A DNA stretch of 64,000 bases from Candidatus Avoscillospira stercorigallinarum (lineage in GTDB: Bacteria; Bacillota; Clostridia; Oscillospirales; Oscillospiraceae), in contig DVFN01000015.1 of the NCBI GenBank assembly GCA_018713205.1, positions 23,553 through 87,552 of the forward strand. Reading direction: 5' to 3'. How positions within the stretch are numbered: the stretch's first letter is position 1; every line of letters begins with the position of its first letter. Positions 55,311 through 62,491 of this stretch are shown here, one piece after another. The notes beneath the pieces were generated by a model that saw only the letters and a list, made by a program, of their open reading frames with translations, was not told the DNA's origin and made no database searches. The translations under genes were made by a program, and so were the position numbers.

Positions 55311-56498
55311 GTGGCAGAGATCACGCTCACCCATGTGAAAAAAATATATGATAAATCCGTGGTGGCAGTCCAGGACTTCTGCATGGAGATTCAGGACAAG
55401 GAGTTCATCGTCCTGGTTGGCCCCTCGGGCTGCGGCAAGTCCACCACCCTGCGGATGATCGCCGGCCTGGAGGAAATCTCCGCCGGAGAAATCGCCATCG
55501 GCGGCAAGGTGGTCAACCGGGTTCCGCCAAAGGACCGGGATATCGCCATGGTCTTCCAGGACTACGCCCTCTATCCCCATATGACGGTTTACGACAATAT
55601 TGCCTATGGCCTGAAGCTGCGCAAATTCCCCCGGCGGGTCATCGACCAGAAGGTCCGCGAGGCCGCCGAGATTTTGGATATCACGGATCTTTTGAAGCGC
55701 AAGCCCAAGGCCCTCTCCGGCGGCCAGCGCCAGCGCGTCGCCATCGGCCGGGCCATTGTCCGCAGCCCCAAGGCGTTCCTGATGGACGAGCCCCTCTCCA
55801 ACCTGGACGCCAAGCTCCGCAACCAGATGCGGACGGAGATCATCAAGCTCCGCCAGCGGATTCAGACCACCTTTGTCTACGTGACCCACGACCAGACCGA
55901 GGCCATGACCCTGGGCGACCGCATTGTGATTATGAAGGAGGGCTATGTCCAGCAGATCGGCACGCCGCGGCAGGTCTTCCACGATCCCAATAATCTGTTT
56001 GTGGCGGGCTTTATCGGTACGCCGCAGATGAACTTCTTCCACGGGGAGCTCCACCGGGAGGGCGAGACGTACTTCCTGGAGCTGGGCGGCACGCGGCTGG
56101 AGATTGCCGAGGAGAAGCAGCAGCACCTGCGGCAGTACGATGTCCCGGCCCAGCCGGTGGTAGCGGGAATCCGCCCCGAGCATGTCCTCCTGACCGAGGG
56201 CGAGGGCTTTTCTGGTCAAGTGGACGTCATTGAGATGATGGGCTCCAATACCCATCTCCACGTCCGCTTCGGCGACGAGGAGTGCGTCATCGTGGTCCCC
56301 GACGGCGATGAGCCGGTCCGGGAATTCCAGCATGGCGAGACCGTCCAATTTATGTTCCACGCCGACCGAATCCACCTGTTCAGCCGCGAAACCGAGCAGA
56401 ACCTGGAGCACGCCCCGGCGGCCCCCGCCGCAGAGGAACCGGCCCCAGCTACAGAAGAACCGGCTCCGGCAGCCGCCGAAGCCCCCAGCGAACCCTGA
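55311..56498 (+). CDS. sugar-type ABC transporter ATP-binding protein (MalK/UgpC/MsmX-like)
   Basis: 395 aa with a GTG start. Walker A GPSGCGKST, signature LSGGQRQRVAIGRA, Walker B FLMDEPLS, a TOBE-like C-domain, and a P/A/E-rich 34-aa tail. Confidence 0.9.
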   Translation: MAEITLTHVKKIYDKSVVAVQDFCMEIQDKEFIVLVGPSGCGKSTTLRMIAGLEEISAGEIAIGGKVVNRVPPKDRDIAMVFQDYALYPHMTVYDNIAYGLKLRKFPRRVIDQKVREAAEILDITDLLKRKPKALSGGQRQRVAIGRAIVRSPKAFLMDEPLSNLDAKLRNQMRTEIIKLRQRIQTTFVYVTHDQTEAMTLGDRIVIMKEGYVQQIGTPRQVFHDPNNLFVAGFIGTPQMNFFHGELHREGETYFLELGGTRLEIAEEKQQHLRQYDVPAQPVVAGIRPEHVLLTEGEGFSGQVDVIEMMGSNTHLHVRFGDEECVIVVPDGDEPVREFQHGETVQFMFHADRIHLFSRETEQNLEHAPAAPAAEEPAPATEEPAPAAAEAPSEP

Positions 56499-56502
56499 GA
56501 CC

Positions 56503-56536
56503 CCGCCCCCGGCCCAGCCGCGGGGCGGATTTTCTA
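56503..56536 (+). terminator. possible terminator after ATPase gene
   Basis: CCGCCCC-12 nt-GGGGCGG followed by ATTTTCT. Overlaps a degenerate REP-like unit. Confidence 0.4.
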
Positions 56537-56692
56537 TGCCCACCAGCAAACCCGCCCCTACGCCGCGTTTTCGACCTGGCTCGTAGGGCGGGGTGCCCAC
56601 ACCCCGCCAAACCGCATCGCCGGGACCACCAGGCCCGCAATTCACGCACCCCGGCCATCAACCCCTTCGTAGGGGCGGCTATCAGCCGCCCG
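56519..56692. repeat. REP/BIME-like cluster J (2 clear units + 1 chimeric)
   Basis: Chimeric/degenerate unit 56519-56560(-), then 56583-56608(+) GTAGGGCGGGGTGcccaCACCCCGCC and 56669-56692(+) GTAGGGGCGGCTatcAGCCGCCCG. Confidence 0.85.
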
Positions 56693-56821
56693 AACCGCAC
56701 CGCCGGACCCACCGGGCCTGCGGGTGGTACGGCGGCTGATTTTGTGGTATCATAAAAAACAGCCGCTGACACAGAGAATCCACACGGCGGCGGTAGGATG
56801 GCGGGGAAGGGAGAGAAAACC

Positions 56822-57245
56822 ATGGACTGGAATATTCTGATCGTGGAGGACGAGGCCAAGCTCCGGGAGGTGCTGTGCGATTTCCTCCGCAGCAAGGGGG
56901 AAATTCCGGCGGAGGCCGCCGACGGAGTCCAGGCCCTGGGCCTGCTGGAAGAGCGCGACTTTGACGCGGTCCTGCTGGATATTATGATGCCCAATCTGGA
57001 CGGCCTGTCGGTGTGCCGGGCCGTGCGGAAGACCAACGACGTGCCGATTATTCTGCTCACCGCCCCTGTCCGACGAAGCGCTGGCCCACGTGTGGGACGC
57101 CTTCTACCGGGCCGACGAGGCCCGCAGCGGTCCCGGCACCGGCCTGGGTCTGGCCATCGCCCATCAAATCATCGCCCTCCACGGTGGCGCCTGCACCGCC
57201 CGCAACACCGCCACCGGCGTGGCCTTCGGATTTTCCCTGTCCTAG
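56822..57245 (+). pseudogene. deletion scar: response-regulator receiver N-terminus fused out of frame to histidine-kinase C-terminus
   Basis: ATG 56822 MDWNILIVEDE...LLDIMMPNLDG...PIILLTA is about 80 aa of a receiver domain. From about 57063 a different frame reads PLSDEALAHVWDAFYRADEARSGPGTGLGLAIAHQIIALHGGACTARNTATGVAFGFSLS* (HATPase_c G2 box to stop at 57243-57245). Confidence 0.8.
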
Positions 57246-57290
57246 GGACGGAAGCATGAGATGATAGAAAAATCCCGACCGCCCTGGAAT

Positions 57291-57471
57291 TCAGGGGTCT
57301 GGCCGGGATTTGGTTTCTGCATCATCCGGAATAAGCAGAGAGAACGGAAGCGGCTCGTTTGTCTCCGCCAAATACAGCTCTTCGCATTGCTGTTGGGCTG
57401 CGATCAACAGGGAAATGGCCTGCTCACAGGCGTGGAACATGGAAAAATACAGGGCTTGATAGTCTGGCATA
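57291..57471 (-). pseudogene. small helical-protein gene, apparently +1 frameshifted (intact frame gives only 49 aa, 57322-57471)
   Basis: AAGGAGG RBS 7 nt before ATG 57471. Frame A reads MPDYQALYFSMFHACEQ and then becomes non-protein-like. The adjacent frame reads AISLLIAAQQQCEELYLAETNEPLPFSLLIPDDAETKSRPDP* to 57291. The switch is at the CCC run 57419-57421. Confidence 0.4.
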
Positions 57472-57493
57472 TTGATCCCTCCTTAACTATAAT

Positions 57494-57508
57494 AGGACAA
57501 ATTGTCCT
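57494..57508. promoter_or_regulatory. candidate XRE operator in divergent promoter region
   Basis: Perfect palindrome AGGACAA-a-TTGTCCT in the 87-bp AT-rich spacer between the small ORF and the XRE gene. A TGcTATAGT extended -10 lies at 57535-57543. Confidence 0.5.
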
Positions 57509-57558
57509 AAATGTCAAGGTTAGTCCAGCGACTTTGCTATAGTTGATGCGGTGATGAT

Positions 57559-57762
57559 ATGAATCTTCGTATTCGGGACCTGCGGGAGGATGCCGACCTG
57601 ACCCAGAAGGACGTGGCGGACTACCTGCTCTGTGACCAGTCTCTCTATTCCAAATACGAACGCGGGGAACGCCCGCTGCCGCTGGAGCTGGCAGTCCGTC
57701 TGGCCGACTATTACCATGTCACGCTGGACTACCTGGTGGGCCGCTCCGCCTCCAAAATCTGA
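57559..57762 (+). CDS. XRE-family helix-turn-helix transcriptional regulator
   Basis: 67 aa: MNLRIRDLREDADLTQKDVADYLLCDQSLYSKYERGERPLPLELAVRLADYYHVTLDYLVG, a canonical Cro/C1-type HTH. Confidence 0.9.
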   Translation: MNLRIRDLREDADLTQKDVADYLLCDQSLYSKYERGERPLPLELAVRLADYYHVTLDYLVGRSASKI

Positions 57763-57790
57763 CACCCCCGGCAGGGGGTGTTTTGTTTTT
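57763..57790 (+). terminator. intrinsic terminator after XRE gene
   Basis: CACCCCC-ggca-GGGGGTG followed by TTTTGTTTTT, starting at the stop codon. Confidence 0.8.
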
Positions 57791-57839
57791 CGTACGCTAC
57801 ACCGTTCGGCGAAGGTGCGGTGGGGATTGCGGGCCTGCC

Positions 57840-57925
57840 CGGGCGGCCATAAAGGCCGCCCCTACGCCGTGCTTTCGACCTGGTCCGAAGGGCGGGGTGC
57901 CGGAACTGCCAGGCCCGCAATCCAC
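57840..57925. repeat. REP/BIME-like cluster K (1 intact + 1 internally deleted unit)
   Basis: Unit 57840-57865(-). At 57886 GAAGGGCGGGGTGC joins directly to linker sequence CGGAACTGCCAGGCCCGCAAT, a truncated version of the 40084-40135 arrangement. Confidence 0.8.
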
Positions 57926-57956
57926 GCACCCCAGCCATGGCGGCATTTGATGCAAC

Positions 57957-57998
57957 GGAAAACGCACACCCCAATCGCATGATGGGGTGTGCGTTTTG
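57957..57998 (-). terminator. bidirectional intrinsic terminator after ppk1
   Basis: ACGCACACCCCA-atcgcatga-TGGGGTGTGCGT (12-bp stem) with T-runs on both strands. It ends 2 nt before the ppk1 stop codon. Confidence 0.75.
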
Positions 57999-57999
57999 C

Positions 58000-60105
58000 T
58001 TATTTCTTCTTATGCAGGCTGTCCTTGACCTTTTCCCAGAGGGTGCGTTTGCGCTCCACGGGGACGCTGGCGCGGACGGCGTCGATCATTTGCTGCTTCT
58101 GGCAGTCGATGGCGGCGTTGCCGCCGGAGACGTGGCTGTAGGACCCGTCGGGCTGGAGGTCCCGGGCACGGACGTTGTCCTGGAGGCACAGCTCCAGAAT
58201 ATGGTGGATTCTGGCCTTGATCCGTTGATCGTAAATCGGACAGGCGACCTCCACCCGGCGCTCGGTATTCCGGGTCATAAAGTCCGCCGAGGCGATGTAC
58301 ATTTTCTGATTGGGGCCTTCGCCGAAGCAGTAGACCCGGGAGTGCTCCAGATACCGGCCGACAATGCTGCGGATGTGCAGGTTTTCGGTCTCGCCGGGGA
58401 TGTTGGGCAGAATGCAGCAGATGCCTCGGACGATCATGGTGATCTGCACCCCGGCTTGGGAGGCTTCGCGGAGCTTGGCCATCAGATCCATATCGGTGAC
58501 GGAGTTGAGCTTGAACAGCATCCGACCCTTGGGGCCCTTGGCGATTTCGCCGTCCATCAGCTGCAGCAGCGTGGATTTGAGGCCCACCGGGGCCACCAGC
58601 AGGTGCTGATATTCGCCCTGGAGGTTGCCGATCATCATGTTCTTAAAGAATTCGTTGGCATCCTCGCCGATGGACTGGTCGGCGGTCATCAGCGAGAGGT
58701 CCGTGTACATGGCGGCGGTCTTCTCGTTGTAGTTGCCGGTGCCGATCTGGGTGATATAGCGAATGGCGCCGTGCTCCCGCCGGGTGATGAGGCAGATCTT
58801 CGAGTGGACCTTATAGCCCTCGAAGCCGTAAATAATGGTACAGCCCGCCTCTTCCAGCCGCTCGGACCAGTCGATGTTGTTCTGCTCATCGAACCGGGCG
58901 CGGAGCTCGATGAGCACGGTGACGTCCTTGCCGTTTTCGGCGGCGGTACAGAGGTAGTCCACCAGCTTGGCCTTGCTGGCCAGCCGGTAGATGGTGATTT
59001 TGATGGCCACCACGGAAGGATCGTTGGCCGCCTCCTTGAGAAGCTGCAGGAAGGGGTTCATGGACTCATAGGGATAGGAGAGCAAAACGTCCTCCCGCTG
59101 GACCAGCCGGAGCATTTTCTCCTGCGCCGGAATAAAGCCGGGGGTCTGGGGCGTGAAGGCCGGATAGGAGAGGAGGCTCCGCCGGGCCTCGGGCAGCTTG
59201 CCGGGGATGTCATAGGCAAAGCTCAGCCGGAAGGGGGCCTTGGAAATATAGATCTGATGGTGCTCCAGGGACATCTTCGTCGAGAGATAGGCCTCCAGCT
59301 CGCCGGAGATGGTGCTGCTCAGCTCCAGCCGCACCGGGGCCAGACGGCGGCGCTTGCCCAGGACCTTCTGCATCTTCTCGCGGAAGTCGCCGAAGTAGTC
59401 TACGCTCTCCTCGTCGGTGGTGATATCGGCGTTGCGGGTCAGGCACAGCTGCACCCGCTCGACGCAGTTGTAGCCGGGGAACAGGTGCTCCAGATACTCC
59501 TGGACGATGTCGGCCACGGTAAGGAAGCGGATGGTGTTGCCGGGCAGGTAGAGCACGTCGGGCAGCACGGCCGGGATGGGCACGCAGCCGAAGGTCTCGT
59601 TGCCCTTATATTTGAGCCGGGCCACCACATGGGGGACTTTGTTCTGCAAATGGGGGAAGGGATGATGGGTGTCCACAATCTGAGGCGAGAGCACCGGCGC
59701 GATGGACTGCTTGAAGTACTGCTTGACGTACTTGGTCTCGTCGGGGGTCAGATCCTTGAACCGGAGATAGTGGATGCCGTGGACCTGGAGCTGGGAGGTG
59801 ATATCGAAGAAGCACCGCTCTCGCTTGGCGTAGAGGGGGCGGACGGCCCGGTAGATGGCGTCCAGCTGCTGCTGCGGTGTCATGGCAGACCGGCTGTCCA
59901 GGTTCTCGGGATTGACCAGGGACAGGTCGTAGAGACTGCCGACGCGGATCATAAAGAATTCATCGAGATTGCTGGTAAAGATGGCGACGAACTTCAGCCG
60001 CTCCAGCAGCGGCACGGTGGCGTCCATGGCCTCCTCCAGCACCCGGTCATTGAAGCGGAGCCAGCTGAGCTCCCGGTTTTGCAGATAGGGAAGTTTGTCT
60101 GACAT
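58000..60105 (-). CDS. ppk1: polyphosphate kinase 1
   Basis: Start trimmed to ATG 60105 (MSDKLPYLQNRELSWLRFNDRVLEEA). Two PLD-like HKD-type domains (YKVHSK; YLEHSRV) and a PPK1 middle domain. Confidence 0.93.
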   Translation of the reverse strand: MSDKLPYLQNRELSWLRFNDRVLEEAMDATVPLLERLKFVAIFTSNLDEFFMIRVGSLYDLSLVNPENLDSRSAMTPQQQLDAIYRAVRPLYAKRERCFFDITSQLQVHGIHYLRFKDLTPDETKYVKQYFKQSIAPVLSPQIVDTHHPFPHLQNKVPHVVARLKYKGNETFGCVPIPAVLPDVLYLPGNTIRFLTVADIVQEYLEHLFPGYNCVERVQLCLTRNADITTDEESVDYFGDFREKMQKVLGKRRRLAPVRLELSSTISGELEAYLSTKMSLEHHQIYISKAPFRLSFAYDIPGKLPEARRSLLSYPAFTPQTPGFIPAQEKMLRLVQREDVLLSYPYESMNPFLQLLKEAANDPSVVAIKITIYRLASKAKLVDYLCTAAENGKDVTVLIELRARFDEQNNIDWSERLEEAGCTIIYGFEGYKVHSKICLITRREHGAIRYITQIGTGNYNEKTAAMYTDLSLMTADQSIGEDANEFFKNMMIGNLQGEYQHLLVAPVGLKSTLLQLMDGEIAKGPKGRMLFKLNSVTDMDLMAKLREASQAGVQITMIVRGICCILPNIPGETENLHIRSIVGRYLEHSRVYCFGEGPNQKMYIASADFMTRNTERRVEVACPIYDQRIKARIHHILELCLQDNVRARDLQPDGSYSHVSGGNAAIDCQKQQMIDAVRASVPVERKRTLWEKVKDSLHKKK

Positions 60106-60217
60106 GGTGAACCCTCGTTTCAGCGCCCGCGGGCGCAATATAGTATTATCATACGGTGCATTCCGGGATTTTGCAAGTAAATTCTGCAAAGGCATGGATT
60201 CGGCCCCCTGATACGCC

Positions 60218-60397
60218 GTAGGGGCCGATGCCCACATCGGCCCGCTGGGTTCCGGGTCTGAGGCAGTACGCCGGCCGCACCGGCTATCAATCCAATTGTA
60301 GGGGCGGATTATATATCCGCCCGGACCCGGGTGCGTTCTGTTCCGGGCCCGGTGGTTGCGGTGGATGGGCAGGGCGCATATTACAATGCGCCCCTAC
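60218..60397. repeat. REP/BIME-like cluster L (3 units)
   Basis: Units 60218-60244(+), 60298-60323(+) GTAGGGGCGGATtatatATCCGCCCG, 60372-60397(-). Confidence 0.9.
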
Positions 60398-60453
60398 GGC
60401 GGGATTGGCGGTTGGTGCGGTCGGCGGTGGTGCATCCGACAGGGCGGGGGAGT

Positions 60454-60482
60454 GAATAGTGAAGAAGTAGTCCAGGCATACA
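60454..60482 (+). promoter_or_regulatory. weak candidate sigma-E-type promoter for spoIIIA operon
   Basis: GAATA..-N16-CATACAAC resembles the Bacillus sigma-E pattern (ATA-containing -35, CATACA-T -10), but the spacing and final base are off-consensus. Confidence 0.25.
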
Positions 60483-60513
60483 ACGCCCCGAGGTGGAATA
60501 GGATGTATGGGAA

Positions 60514-61386
60514 GTGAAAGCCATGAACGAACGAATGGAATGGGCGCAGCTGCTGCCGGACGGCTGCCGGGCGGCGGTGGTGGACGGGGCGGAAGAGATC
60601 CGTCTGGCGGTGGGGCAGCCGGTGACGGTCCGAGCGGCCGGGACCGAGCAGAGCTTCTGGCCTGCGCTGACCCAGCGGGATCTGGAGGACATGCTCCAGC
60701 GGGCCTGCCGTCACTCTGCCTATGCCTATACCGACACCCTGCGGCAGGGGTATGTGACCATCGCCGGGGGCCACCGCATCGGAGTCTGCGGCTTCGGCGT
60801 CGTCCGGGACGGAGCGGTTCAGACGCTGCGGCAGCCCACCTCCTTGGTGATCCGGATTGCGCGGGCCGTGCCGGGGTGCGCGGAGCCGCTGCTGCCGGAG
60901 CTGACCGATTCCACGCTGATTCTCGGCCCGCCCGGGGCGGGAAAGACCACGCTGCTGCGGGACGCCGTGCGGCTGCTCGCGGACCGGCGGCGCTGCCGGG
61001 TGGGACTGGCCGACGAGCGGGGTGAGCTGTCGGCGGCCACGGGGGAGGGGCCGGGACTGCCGGTGGGCAGCCGGACCGACGTGCTGGTAGCGGTTCCCAA
61101 GGCCGAGGCGGTGATGATGCTGCTCCGCACCATGGGCCCCCAGTGGATCGCATTGGACGAGATCACCGCCCCCGCCGACCTGGAGGCCCTGGAGCGGGCG
61201 GCCTACTGCGGCGTAAAGCTTCTGGCCACGGCCCACGGCGACGGCATCGCGGACCTGCACCGCCGCCCGCTTTACCGCCGCCTGCTGGACACCGGCGTGT
61301 TCACCCGGGCGGCGGTGCTGCGCCCGGACAAGACCTACGCCGTCCATCTGCTGGACGCGTCATACACCAAGGAGGGAACCCTATGA
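60514..61386 (+). CDS. spoIIIAA: stage III sporulation protein AA (AAA+ ATPase)
   Basis: 290 aa. Walker A GPPGAGKTTLLRD, Walker B IALDEI, first gene of the conserved spoIIIA order. Start uncertain (GTG 60514 or ATG 60523). Confidence 0.88.
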   Translation: MKAMNERMEWAQLLPDGCRAAVVDGAEEIRLAVGQPVTVRAAGTEQSFWPALTQRDLEDMLQRACRHSAYAYTDTLRQGYVTIAGGHRIGVCGFGVVRDGAVQTLRQPTSLVIRIARAVPGCAEPLLPELTDSTLILGPPGAGKTTLLRDAVRLLADRRRCRVGLADERGELSAATGEGPGLPVGSRTDVLVAVPKAEAVMMLLRTMGPQWIALDEITAPADLEALERAAYCGVKLLATAHGDGIADLHRRPLYRRLLDTGVFTRAAVLRPDKTYAVHLLDASYTKEGTL

Positions 61387-61895
61387 GATTTGCCGGAATC
61401 ATCCTGATCGTCGCCTCCGCCGGTACCGTGGGCTTTCGGTACGCCCGGGGGCTCCGTCGGCGGTGCCGCTTTTTAAGGCAGCTGATGGATGCGCTGCAGC
61501 TTTTGAAAAACGAAATCGCGGTCTGCGCCACGCCGCTGCCCCAGGCCTTCGCGCTGATGGCCGTGGCCGCGGACGGACCTCTGGAGCAGCTCTTTACCGC
61601 CGCGGCCCGGGCCATGGACCGGAGCCATTGGACCACGCCGCTGATGGCGGTCCGGGAGGCCTTGGCCCAGACGCCGGAGCTGTCGGAGTCCGACCCGGCA
61701 GCCCAGACCCTGGTGGATTTGGCGGCCCGGCTGGGACGGTACGACACCGACAGTCAGCTCCAGGGAATCGATATGGCTGTGCTGCGGCTCACGGAGCTGC
61801 TCCGTCAGGCCGAGATAGAGCGGAGCACCCGCAGCAAGACGTATCAGACGCTGGGCATCTGCGCGGGACTGGCTCTGGCCATTCTGCTGCTGTAG
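61383..61895 (+). CDS. spoIIIAB: stage III sporulation protein AB
   Basis: Start trimmed to ATG 61383 (MRFAGIILIVASAGTVGF), an ATGA overlap with spoIIIAA. N- and C-terminal TM helices flank a helical domain. Position in the operon supports the call. Confidence 0.8.
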   Translation: MRFAGIILIVASAGTVGFRYARGLRRRCRFLRQLMDALQLLKNEIAVCATPLPQAFALMAVAADGPLEQLFTAAARAMDRSHWTTPLMAVREALAQTPELSESDPAAQTLVDLAARLGRYDTDSQLQGIDMAVLRLTELLRQAEIERSTRSKTYQTLGICAGLALAILLL

Positions 61896-61903
61896 GTGGG
61901 CCT

Positions 61904-62098
61904 ATGGAAATCGATCTGATCTTTAAAATTGCGGCGGTGGGGATCATCGTCTCCATCCTCAACCAGGTGCTGGTCCGCTCCGGCCGGGAGGAGCAGGCCA
62001 CCATGACCACCTTGGCGGCCCTGGTGGTGGTGCTGATGATCGTAGTCCAGCGGATTGCCGAGCTCTTCACCCTGGTGGAGACGCTCTTTCAGTTCTGA
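61904..62098 (+). CDS. spoIIIAC: stage III sporulation protein AC
   Basis: 64 aa: MEIDLIFKIAAVGIIVSILNQVLVRSGREEQATMTTLAALVVVLMIVVQRIAELF. Two-TM protein of typical SpoIIIAC size and sequence. Confidence 0.85.
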   Translation: MEIDLIFKIAAVGIIVSILNQVLVRSGREEQATMTTLAALVVVLMIVVQRIAELFTLVETLFQF

Positions 62099-62490
62099 TG
62101 GAGACCATGGCGCGGGTGGCCGCCCTGGCGGCTCTGGCGGCCTTTCTCTGTGTTCTGCTCCGGGAGCGGGAGCGGACGCTGGCGCTGCTGCTGTCGGCGG
62201 CGGCCTGCGTCCTGGGCCTTTTCTTGACGGTGCGGATGGTGGAGCCCATTCTCTCCGTGGCCCGGGAGATCCAGGCGCTCTCGGGGCTGGGGACGGCGGT
62301 GACGGCGCCTCTGTTCAAGGTGACGGCCATCGGGATGCTCTGCCGGATTGCCGCCGGGGTCTGCGGCGATGCCGGGGAACAGGGACTCCAAAAGGCCGTG
62401 GAGCTCTCGGGCTCCATCCTGGCGCTGTATGCGGCGCTGCCCCTGGTGTCGGCGGTGCTGGCGCTGCTGGAGGACATGCTGGGAGGGTAA
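62098..62490 (+). CDS. spoIIIAD: stage III sporulation protein AD
   Basis: 130 aa. Four hydrophobic helices. The start overlaps the spoIIIAC stop. Conserved operon position. Confidence 0.8.
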   Translation: METMARVAALAALAAFLCVLLRERERTLALLLSAAACVLGLFLTVRMVEPILSVAREIQALSGLGTAVTAPLFKVTAIGMLCRIAAGVCGDAGEQGLQKAVELSGSILALYAALPLVSAVLALLEDMLGG

Positions 62491-62491
62491 G

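Noticed and set aside
56798-57259. 153-aa ORF as an intact gene
   Set aside because: Only the first ~80 residues after M9 are receiver-domain-like. The remainder (PVRRSAGPRVGRLLPGRRGP...) is the wrong frame of a histidine-kinase C-terminus. It is reported instead as a deletion-scar pseudogene.
54570-60102. ORFs 54570-56645(-) and 57937-60102(+) opposite the MacB-PCD/ATPase genes and ppk1
   Set aside because: Antisense shadow ORFs for the same compositional reasons. The first even runs through a REP cluster.
60287-61347. Minus-strand ORFs (288 and 317 aa) and plus-strand 60507-61025 overlapping spoIIIAA
   Set aside because: The translations are P/R/A/G-rich. The spoIIIAA frame carries Walker A/B motifs and the conserved operon context.
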